DNA of 44,244 nucleotides from a virus (Duplodnaviria; Heunggongvirae; Uroviricota; Caudoviricetes): IMG/VR virus record IMGVR_UViG_2896595138_000007, positions 1 to 44,244 of that record; one strand, 5' to 3'. Shown piece by piece: positions 1 to 13,607 of this stretch (position 1 is its first letter; each line of letters starts with the position of its first letter). The notes under the pieces were generated by a model. It saw only the letters and a program-made list of their open reading frames with translations, ran no database searches and was not told where the DNA came from. The position numbers and the translations under genes were made by a program.

Positions 1-423
1 ATGAAAGAAACAGAAAACTTTGATGTTTTTATATGCCATGCAAGCGAAGACAAAAAAGACATTGCAATTCCAATATATGACGAGTTAACTAAACTTAAAA
101 TTTCAGCCTTCATAGATCATGTTGAGATAAAATGGGGCGACTCCTTAATTGATAAAATAAATGCAGCACTAGTTAAATCAAAATATGTCATCGCTATTTT
201 ATCTGCTAATTCAGTCAATAAGGAATGGCCTCAAAAAGAATTAAGAGCAGTTTTAGCCAGCGAAATATCGAGTGGCGACGTAAAACTTTTAACCTTATTA
301 AAAAAAGAAGACGAGGAGGTCGTAAACCTATCATTACCTTTACTTAGTGATAAGTTTTATATGGTCTATGATAATAATCCTGAAGTAGTCGCCAACAATA
401 TTAAATCACTCTTACAACGATAA
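1..423 (+). CDS. TIR-domain protein (putative NAD+-consuming defence or effector protein)
   Basis: 140-aa ORF. N-terminal DVFICHASEDK and central SANSVNKEWPQKEL match the bacterial TIR signature (DxFISxxxxD ... SxxSxxSxWCxxEL with conserved Glu). Strongly AT-rich, unlike neighbouring phage genes; convergent with the tail-fibre operon. Confidence 0.75.
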   Translation: MKETENFDVFICHASEDKKDIAIPIYDELTKLKISAFIDHVEIKWGDSLIDKINAALVKSKYVIAILSANSVNKEWPQKELRAVLASEISSGDVKLLTLLKKEDEEVVNLSLPLLSDKFYMVYDNNPEVVANNIKSLLQR

Positions 424-440
424 TTCTCTCACAAAAGCAA

Positions 441-479
441 ATGTGCAGATTGATGCGTATTAAGTATTAATCTGCACAT
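441..479. terminator. Perfect 11-bp inverted repeat; possible terminator between convergent TIR gene and tail-fibre operon
   Basis: atgtgcagatt (441-451) and aatctgcacat (469-479) are exact reverse complements with a 17-nt loop; a T-rich tract follows on the minus strand. The loop is long for an intrinsic terminator. Confidence 0.3.
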
Positions 480-867
480 ACAAAAAAATAATAAAATAAT
501 ACATTTTTCATAACTTGTAGGTAACAACAATATATGTCGTAACGAATAGTTGGATAACCTCTATACCCTATTAACCAACCAATTAACTCTATGTAATCTC
601 GCAGCCTCAAAACCCGACTATTGTTCTCTTAACAGTCAGTTCACGTTCCATTCCGGCCTGAGCCCCATAACATGGAAGAAAAAACGCCCCCAGTCAGTCC
701 AGCTTTCAGACAATCAGTGTGTCACCTGCCGATAATATTCTGAGTAGTTTTTTCAGCCCAGGCCTTTCGGACTTTGTACCACTGATTTTATCTTCAAAAT
801 CAGCGCGCATTCTTCGTAATCCAGCAAACTCTTGTATATGACGTTATTATGGCTACAGCAGTAACGA

Positions 868-1458
868 TTATTCCATAACAGGTACTGTAGGCCACTCAAT
901 ATCCGGTGCAGTTGATGTGTCAACACGGTTCAGCAACACCCGATACTTTTTCCAGGCTTCCAGCAACGAGTTTTCTTCCTCCGTTGCGATTTTCAGATCT
1001 GCAGCATCCTGAAGCGGCGCAATATGCTCACTGGCTACCTGCATCAGGCTGTTTTTTGTTTCTTCCGCCTCCCGGATCCGGAACAGTTTTTCTGCTTCCG
1101 TATCCTTCACCCAGGCTGTGCCGTTCCACTTCTGAAACTCCCCTTCCGGAGATAACCAGGTGACATTTTCCGGTAACGGACCGAGTTCAGAAATAAATAA
1201 CGCGTCCCCTGATGCCACGTCATAAACTGTTTTACCCCGATGGTCTTCAACAAGATACCACGATGCATCATCACTGTTGAAAACAGCCACGAAGCCAGCC
1301 GGAATATCTGGCGGTGCAATATCGGTACTGTTTGCTGGCAGACCTGTATGAGGCGGAATGTATGCGTCACCTTCACCAATAAATTCATAAGTTCCGGCCA
1401 GCAGATTATAAATTGTTATGGTCCGTGGTTGTTCACTCATTCTGAAATCCATGTTCAC
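868..1458 (-). CDS. tfa: Tail fibre assembly protein (lambda Tfa family)
   Basis: 196-aa ORF immediately downstream of the tail-fibre genes; sequence reads as a Tfa-family chaperone. Confidence 0.85.
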   Translation of the reverse strand: MNMDFRMSEQPRTITIYNLLAGTYEFIGEGDAYIPPHTGLPANSTDIAPPDIPAGFVAVFNSDDASWYLVEDHRGKTVYDVASGDALFISELGPLPENVTWLSPEGEFQKWNGTAWVKDTEAEKLFRIREAEETKNSLMQVASEHIAPLQDAADLKIATEEENSLLEAWKKYRVLLNRVDTSTAPDIEWPTVPVME

Positions 1459-1460
1459 CT

Positions 1461-2365
1461 CTACTTAATATCAGAGACAGAATATTGTTTATTGAGCGTA
1501 TGGGTGTGAGCACCAATAACGATGCTACTTCCGTGGCTATGTGCGCCAGAGATGACATTACCTACGGGATTTTCTGGATTAATCCGGTGTATATGCGAAC
1601 CAGGGCGAAACCGGTTATTAGCCTGATGTTGTATCAGTACATCATCAGCCTGATGTTCAGGGTTAATACAGACCTGCCCGGAACGTGAGCAATACGTCCG
1701 ATAATCGCCGCATCCAATATATTTAGTATCCGCATAACGGCAAACAGAATTACCCGGACAGTATGCATATGTGCCAAATACTGCCGACTGGCGGGATTGT
1801 GCGTATTCCCAGTTAATTGATTCTGTTTTTTTATTAAAGTTATCCCATGCCTGCTTCATCTGCCGGGCAACACTTTCAAACGGCACCTGACCACATCCGG
1901 CTCCCATTGCAGGGAATGCCACCGTTTTTATTTTCCTGTCTGTCGTTGCGTGTTTAATTGTGCTGAAAGATGGCAAGCAGAGCGGCCCAGGTTGCGTTAT
2001 ATACAGCGTCTGTTCCGTCAATTGTCAGCGGAACACGCATTGTTGGCGCATGTACCATGCCAGGGATGATGATTATGCCCCGTTTCAATAACAAATGCAG
2101 AACCTACAGGCTGCTCGCCGAGATATTCACGAAGAATATGATTCTGAACGCGGGACTGTAACTGAGTACCGAAGAATGCGGTAATGGCGACATCAACACC
2201 GCCATCCATCAGGCCGAAACTGTTTGCCGCACTTACCATGCAGTCAAATTCCCTGATTGTTTCAAATGGCTTTCCGACAATATTCACATTATCTGCATTT
2301 GCGAATACCCGCTTAAATGCTTCAGCCATTTCTGTTACTGGTGCAGAAAGAATGAGCGTAATCAT
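1461..2365 (-). CDS. Macro-domain (ADP-ribose binding/processing) protein with Cys-rich, HxH-containing C-terminal extension; apparent 1-nt frame break near 2020
   Basis: ORFs 2018..2365 and 1461..2021. First ORF has [34 protein letters not shown] (macro N-terminal motif); second has [18 protein letters not shown] (macro C-terminal motif). Start ATG overlaps the stf stop (ATGA). One extra base near 2020 would fuse the two frames. Confidence 0.6.
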
Positions 2366-5257
2366 GCAAGCCTCACAATATAGTTAAATGCGATGTTTTT
2401 GACGGTGTTTTCCGCGTTACCAGCAGCGTTAACGGTGATGGTGTGTCCATGTGAGCCAATCGCAACGGAGTGCGTATGAGCACCAATACCGACAGTATGT
2501 GCATGTGCACCTGCGCTTGCAGCAGTACCCGATACAGAGTGCGTATGAGCGCCTGCAGAAGAAGTGTTAACACTGTATTTAGAATAATCAGGTGATCCAC
2601 TTCCCGGAGCACCACTGGAACCACCTGAAACAAATGTCATCGAATGGGTATGTGCACCGGCTGAAGCAGCCGTACCGCTAACACTATGGGTATGCGCACC
2701 AGTGTTATTCGTGGATTTAGTGCCGTAATCAAACGACGATGTGGTTTTCGTCCCCAAATCCGTACTGGATGCGCTGGCGCTGTGGGTGTGCGATTTAATG
2801 CCGTCCTGTTCCTGAGACAATACGGCCCGACCACTGGCAGGTTTGCCCTTAATCGTCCAGCCACGCATATCAGGAATAACGCCTGACGGATAAGCGGCTG
2901 CAAGTTTCGGGTAGGCAGATTTGTCAAAAGTCTGCCCCTGCATCAGGGCATAACCAGACGGAACGGTATCTGATGGCCACGGGATTGGTGCACCGACTGG
3001 ATAAAACTCTGCAGGAGGATGAGCCGAGGTGTAAAGCTGCGCCCACGGCGACCAGTTTGCGTCGGTCGTATCCCGTCGTGAACGAATAAATGCCGGAGCA
3101 TGAGCACCGCTTGTACCACTCCAGCCGATGAGTAACTCACCTTCGCCAACGGCTGTCATCCCTTTCAGGTGAATGATATTTCCATACGCTGTTGGATATC
3201 CGTTGTTATACACCTCGTATAACTAAGACCTGTTGCCCCTGCGTATTGTCTGTCAGCGCGGTTACCCGACCTTTTGAAGCCAGATTAACTGATGATACTG
3301 CTGTTCCACCTGACGGTAACGCCCCGATCTCTGATGCCGTTGGCTTATTTCTGGAGTTATAGTCCCTTCGCCAGCCAGGTGAATAATCTGTTCCGTGATT
3401 AATATAGGTAAACTGGGCGTTAGTTGTTCCACCACCAGTGGAGGTGGTCGGTGTGGTAATGCGGATCGTCATCGCTGACTTTATCCCCATTACTTCAATG
3501 ACAGCTCCGGCGAGATGAATATTACCGCAGTCAGTATCAGTAATGATTTTATTATTGCCATAAGACCAGGAACCCTTGCACATCCAGTAGGGATGGTTAA
3601 ATGCTCCCTGAGAATCCAGCCACTCGATAAACTGTGCAGTCGTCCAGTTTCCTGTTATTGTGCTTACTGACCCACCGAAGGCACGGCAGGCACCAATATT
3701 TTTCGTAAAGGTGTCTTTGCCAGGGATATCCGCACCGTTCTGATCTTTCTGCAGACGTTTCTCAGCATTGTCATAGGCTGTTTTTACTGCCTTTGGTGTC
3801 GCAGCAAGCGTTTCAGATGTGCTGTTGGTCGCGCTGCTTAGCTGGACTATCCCCTTTTTCGTCGTGCTCGCATCCTCAAGCGCCACGGCGGATGCAATAT
3901 CCTCTGCCCGTTTTGCCGCTGTCTCGGCGCGCGTTGCCACGGATTCCGCCGTACTTTTGCTCTGTGCTGCCGCCGTCGCACTGCCAGCTGCCTCTGTCGC
4001 CTTCGTGGATGCCGTCGTGGCGCTGCCCTTCGCTGCTGACGCCTGTCTGGTCGCCTCATCTTTTGAAGCAGACGCAGATGATGCCGATGACGCCGCCGAA
4101 CTGGCTGACGATGCGGCAGCCGTTTTTGAGGATTCTGCGCTGGTTTCCGACACTTTCGCGTTCGTCTCGGATGTCTTCGCTGCGGAAGCAGACCTCGCTG
4201 CTGCGCTGGCCTGTTCAGTGGCTTCGCCAGCCTTCGTTGTGGCTGTTGAAGCGGACGATGCGGCGCTTTCTGCCGATTTTCCGGCGGCGCTAGCACTGGC
4301 TGAGGCCTGCCCGGCACTTGTTGACGCTGCACTGGCAGACGACGCAGCCGCTGTTTTTGAGCCTGCCGCAGCTGAGGCACTCTGTCCCGCTGCCGTTTCA
4401 GAAGACCTGGCGTTCGTCTCGGACGTTTTTGCCGCCTTCGCAGAATTTGCTGTCGCCGTTGCCGAGGAAGCTGCGCTGCTGGCGCTCGAGGCTGCGCTCG
4501 TTTCTGATGATTTTGCCGCCTCTTTTGAAGCCGACGCATCCCGGGCTGAGGTGGCAGCTTCTGACGCTTTCGTGGTCGCGGTGGATGCTGAAGTGGCTGC
4601 TGATTGTTGTGACGCTGCCGCATTCGTTTCTGACGTTTTCGCCGCAGCGGCACTGGTGGCCGCCGCGCTTTTTGAGGACTCTGCAGCGGCAGCACTTTTT
4701 TCCGCTTCAGTGGCCTTTGTTGATGCCGTTCCTGCGCTGGAAGACGCTGACTGAGCCGACGACGCGGCCTGTCCGGCTGACGTGCTGGCTGCGCGTGCTG
4801 AGCCTGCAGCATCAGTCGCATGGGTTGCCGCCTCACGGGCTGATGTGCTGGCATCGCTGGCTGACTTCTTCGCGGCTGCCGTGTTCTGTGCCACCGCGGA
4901 CGCGTTACGCGCCACCTCTTCCACCATCAGTTCAAAACGGCGCAGTGCCTCAGGACGGGCATCATCCTCCGTCATGGCACCGAGAAAATCATTCAGCGTA
5001 CCGGGTCGGGAATCTTCATACACGGTGATGGTCCCGGCATGTGACGGCGGGAATCCTTCCACCAACAGAATAACGCTGTACTGACCGTACTCAACGTCCA
5101 TGCTGTAACGCCCGGCTTCATCCGGATTTTCTGAGGCCAGCGTGTTCACCACCACCGTGGTGCTATTACGTTTTGCTTTCAGCTGGATTGTGCAGTTCTG
5201 TACCGGTTTTCCTGTGCCGTCTTTCAGTACACCTGAAATCTTTACTGCCATATTCAC
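2362..5257 (-). CDS. stf: Side tail fibre protein (lambda Stf-like), apparent 1-nt frame break near 3210
   Basis: ORFs 3206..5257 and 2362..3213. N-terminus [26 protein letters not shown], Ala/Ser-rich repeat region, then GAPIPWPSD...GAHTHS HxH repeats and C-terminal [11 protein letters not shown], as in lambda Stf. Confidence 0.85.
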
Positions 5258-5315
5258 CCCACAAAAAAGCCCGCCTGAACCGGCGGGCTGTCATAACACT
5301 GTGTTACCTGGCTAA

Positions 5316-5915
5316 TCAGAATTTATAACCGACACCCACGATGAAACCGTCAGTGCGCCAGTCACCACTGCCGGAGCCTTCATAAGCAATATCAATGGCC
5401 ACGGATTCGGTCGGGTTAAACTGCACGCCAGCCCCCCACGCCAGAGACGTGTTGCTGTGGTGACCGTCATCACTTCCGGTCAGCACATCGTGCGTTTTCC
5501 CCTTGTTGTCAGTTACGCGGAGATAATCCCCGGAGAAAGTCGACACACGGCTGTAAGCCACGCCTGCCATCGCATACGTGCTGAACCATTCATTCACGCG
5601 TACAGACGGCCCCGCCATCACGCTGAACCAGCGGTTACGAACGGAATCTTCATGCCAGCGGGTATCGCTGTAATGGGTCAGCTGGCGATTCTTGTCTCCT
5701 GCATAGCTGAAAGACGTCACCATCCCCAGTGTGTCCGTAAACTCATAACGGTATTTCACGTTAATCCCGTTCAGATCATCGCTGCCGGGAACGTTCGTCC
5801 GGGCATGAAGATACCCCGCGCTCAGCGTGGACTGATGTTCAGACGCCCATGCAGGCGCACCGGATACGGCCAGACAAATGGCTGCGGACAAAATGGCGGC
5901 ATAAAGTTTACGCAT
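5316..5915 (-). CDS. lom: Outer membrane protein Lom (Ail/Lom family)
   Basis: 199 aa with signal peptide; near-identical to lambda Lom as recalled; sits between J and stf as in lambda. Confidence 0.9.
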   Translation of the reverse strand: MRKLYAAILSAAICLAVSGAPAWASEHQSTLSAGYLHARTNVPGSDDLNGINVKYRYEFTDTLGMVTSFSYAGDKNRQLTHYSDTRWHEDSVRNRWFSVMAGPSVRVNEWFSTYAMAGVAYSRVSTFSGDYLRVTDNKGKTHDVLTGSDDGHHSNTSLAWGAGVQFNPTESVAIDIAYEGSGSGDWRTDGFIVGVGYKF

Positions 5916-5981
5916 AATTACCTCTCGCTTTTCTGCAACAAAAAAGGCGTCATTTCTGACGCCCGTTCTGGGTTATAAAAT

Positions 5982-10820
<4,839 letters not shown>

Positions 10821-10883
10821 TCACACTCCATAAACAACAAAGCCGCCCAAAAGGCGGCTCATGAGTTACGGCAGGATTAACTA

Positions 10884-11234
10884 TTATTTACATGCATTAA
10901 CACTATCAGCAAAAATTTTTGGCGTTAATGCTGGTACGCGTTCATAAAGAGTAAAACTACTGCCATTTCCTGCTTTTTTGATATCAAGCACAACATCATA
11001 CCCACCCATAGCCTGTGGAACTAAAAGGCTTACCCCATTCTCAATAGGAATGGATGTTATAGGTGTTCCATTACCAGCCCATTGTCTGGATATGCAGCCT
11101 GACAATTCATCAATATTTTTTAATGAATTACCTTCCATTACAGGCTTGCCGGATTTTACGTAATCCAAAGATTTACATCCTGTTAAGGCAATAATCGTGC
11201 AGAATAAAATCGTTTTGTTCATATAGCTAACCAA
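10884..11234 (-). CDS. Lipoprotein moron between tail genes I and J; candidate superinfection-exclusion factor
   Basis: MNKTILFCTIIALTGC is a signal peptide with lipobox LTGC; the gene lies in an AT-rich block in the otherwise GC-rich tail operon; lambda has no gene here. Confidence 0.6.
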   Translation of the reverse strand: MVSYMNKTILFCTIIALTGCKSLDYVKSGKPVMEGNSLKNIDELSGCISRQWAGNGTPITSIPIENGVSLLVPQAMGGYDVVLDIKKAGNGSSFTLYERVPALTPKIFADSVNACK

Positions 11235-11294
11235 CAGAATAATTATCAGTGTTCGATATAAATATTAAATCAGTTAGAACATGAGTAAATAATA

Positions 11295-11935
11295 TTACCG
11301 CCCAATTACCACAACCTGACCACCATCCCCTTCATCTGCCGTGCTGATCTCCTGAGATGCCACACGTGACCCCACGCGCATTTCACCGTACAGAACAGGC
11401 AGGACATTGCCCTGGGCAACCATGTTATCCAATGAGGAAAAATAGGTATTTTGCTTACCGTTATCAGTGACTGACACTTTAGGCGTTTTGGCTTTCGGTG
11501 CCAGCATCTGCGCAACACCGCCTAAAACCATACCTGCCCCAAGAGAGAACATGAGATTACTTGCAACAATACTAAGCCCGGCATCCAGATTGCCGTAGCA
11601 ATTAGCGCCGCACCCAGCACTGCCTGAAAAATACCGCCACTTTTGGCACCCGCCAGACGCGGTACGATGTGGATCACGGCACCATTTGCCAGCGGCTCAT
11701 TAAGACGGGCAGATAATTCGTTTTCGCCTGCATCACGCCCGGAAATGCGCACCTGATACCAGCCCTCATTCAGTTTCTGGCGAAACGCCGGAAGCTGCGT
11801 GGCCAGCGCCCGGATGGCTTCAGCCCCCGTTTTCACACGAAGGTCGATGCGGCGACCAAATCGTTGTAAATCCCCGTAAAGGCAGATGCGTGCCATGCCC
11901 GGTGACGCCAGAGGGAGTGTGTGCGTCGCTGCCAT
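11295..11935 (-). CDS. I: Tail assembly protein I, apparent 1-nt frame break near 11590
   Basis: ORFs 11522..11935 and 11295..11552. MAATHTLPLASPGMARICLYGDLQRFGRRIDLRVKTGAEAIRALATQLPAFRQKL matches lambda I as recalled; C-terminus ...EISTADEGDGGQVVVIGR. Confidence 0.85.
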
Positions 11936-12650
11936 TTGTCGGTATACCTCTCTCGTTTGCTCAGTTGTTCAGGAATATGGTGCAGCAGCTCGCCGTCACC
12001 ACAGTAAATGGCGGCATGATTCGGCACCGATGAACCAAAACAGCACAGCAGCACATCGCCCGGCTGCGCCGCTGACAACGGCACCTGATACAGCCCTGTG
12101 GCCTCCAGATTATCCAGATAGAGATTCTGACCGTTACGCCACCAGTCATCCTCGCGATGAAAATCCGGCATCTCAATCCCCGCCAGATGGTAAGCATCCC
12201 GGAACAGCGTGTAACAGTCCGTCACCCCGTGCTCAAAGCGCCGCCCGGTAAGATGTGGCACACAGCGGAACTTGTAAATCGCCCCCGGCAGACCAGCCAC
12301 CACGGCAAATCACTCTGCACCTGCAGCCGCCGATCGGCCTCACTCAGCCAGGGCAGACCACCGGGGTGGCTGTGGACCAGCGCCACAATCTCACCCTGCA
12401 TTTCTGCCTGCAGCCAGTCCTCCGGCGACATCCGGAAATACTCCTCCGGCTCACCGGAGATATTCACGCAGGGAAAATATCTTTCCCCCTCCGGCGTTCT
12501 CACCACGAAGCCGCACGACTCCGCTGGCGCACATCGCCGGGCGTGCGCCAGAATCGCTGATTCTGTCTCTGTCATGGGATTACTGCGAAAGTTTGTTAAT
12601 GGAAAGGAAGCCGCCAAAGTTGCCGACATTATTGCGAAACTTACAGCCAC
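11833..12650 (-). CDS. K: Tail assembly protein K (JAB/MPN plus NlpC/P60), apparent 1-nt frame break at a G-run near 12295
   Basis: ORFs 12222..12650 and 11833..12303. HARRCAPAESCGF...ALVHSHPGG (JAB) then IYKFRCVPHLTGRRFEHGVTDCY...; frames rejoin if GGGGG is GGGGGG. Confidence 0.85.
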
Positions 12651-13278
12651 TCAGGCATTTACTGCATTTATCTTTCGTGATATCGGACGTCGGCTGGTCA
12701 TATTCATCCGCGACAGCCGGACCGCTATAACCGCACTCATCACCGCGATAGGTCCAGGTACAGGTGTTGGCCAGCATGATGCGCCCCGGAAAAACAGCGC
12801 CATCCGTTTCCGTCGGCGTGGACAGTACAAAAGAGGCGCTCACCGCGCTCAGTTCGCTGCACTGCTCGATGCGCCAGCGGCTGATCACCTCCTGCTCCGG
12901 ATCGGCATCGCTATTTCCGTTGACGAAGTTCACCGCATCCAGAAAACGGGCGTAAACCTTACGCCTGACCACCGTTCCTCCGACCAGACTCTGCAGGTCT
13001 TCCGCCATCCCGGTGACCATGCCGTGCAGATTAGAGACTTTCAGCGTTGGCCTTGCACTGGCTCCTTTGCCGTTCATCTCAAATCCACTTCCCTGAATGG
13101 GATAGGCCTGATACTGCCTCCCCTGCCAGGTGACCGGCTCACCTTTTTCGTTCTGCTCATTACAGAAAAAATAACGTTCTCCACCGACCTCTGTCAGATC
13201 GATTTCCCAGAGCACCACGCTGGCCGACTGCTCCGCACGGGTGCATTCATTCAGTGTTTCCTGCCGGATATCCTGCAT
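12580..13278 (-). CDS. L: Minor tail protein L
   Basis: 232 aa, same length as lambda L and near-identical as recalled. Confidence 0.9.
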   Translation of the reverse strand: MQDIRQETLNECTRAEQSASVVLWEIDLTEVGGERYFFCNEQNEKGEPVTWQGRQYQAYPIQGSGFEMNGKGASARPTLKVSNLHGMVTGMAEDLQSLVGGTVVRRKVYARFLDAVNFVNGNSDADPEQEVISRWRIEQCSELSAVSASFVLSTPTETDGAVFPGRIMLANTCTWTYRGDECGYSGPAVADEYDQPTSDITKDKCSKCLSGCKFRNNVGNFGGFLSINKLSQ

Positions 13279-13607
13279 CAGTTCACCACCTGTTCAAACT
13301 CTGCGCTGAACTCAACACGCAGCATACTGACCCGCGACGACCATTTTGCGCAGGTCACCTTTATCTGCCGCCACTCATAAGGCGGCGTCCACAGAAAGGC
13401 TTTCCAGCCCCCGTGCTCAGCCAGAAACGACTCCAGCGCCGTGGCCTCCCAACGGGGAACAGAAAGCGTCACGCTGTACGTTTTCAGGTTGGCATTCAGC
13501 CCGGCAGGCGCTCGCTGGGAATGGCCATCACCAAAGCGCACCTTTCTTACAGAAGGGGCCGAAGCCACATCCATACCGGGTTTCACTTTCCAGCGGAAGG
13601 TTTTCAT
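13278..13607 (-). CDS. M: Minor tail protein M
   Basis: 109 aa; MKTFRWKVKPGMDVASAPSVRKVRFGDG... is near-identical to lambda M as recalled. Confidence 0.9.
   Translation of the reverse strand: MKTFRWKVKPGMDVASAPSVRKVRFGDGHSQRAPAGLNANLKTYSVTLSVPRWEATALESFLAEHGGWKAFLWTPPYEWRQIKVTCAKWSSRVSMLRVEFSAEFEQVVN

Noticed and set aside
550-735. 61-aa ORF in the TIR-tfa intergenic region
   Set aside because: Short, no ribosome-binding site noticed, Cys/Gln-rich with no recognisable motif; most likely non-coding spacer.
2362-3213. The 283-aa ORF read as a separate relic tail-fibre C-terminal module downstream of a complete 683-aa fibre
   Set aside because: The two ORFs are collinear and overlap by only a few codons, and the 283-aa N-terminus reads as a continuation of the fibre, so a single stf gene with a 1-nt frame break is more parsimonious.
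3793-5084. Several long ORFs on both strands (3819..4754 +, 3847..4854 -, 3793..4293 +, 4318..5028 +, 4782..5084 +) overlapping the tail-fibre gene
   Set aside because: They fall in the Ala/Ser-rich repetitive part of stf, where GC-rich repetitive DNA is open in many frames. Their translations are low-complexity (poly-Ala or Arg/Pro/Gln-rich), and the stf frame is the one with lambda Stf similarity.
12157-13380. 407-aa ORF on the + strand antisense to K and L
   Set aside because: Antisense to lambda-like L and K; no protein-like features.
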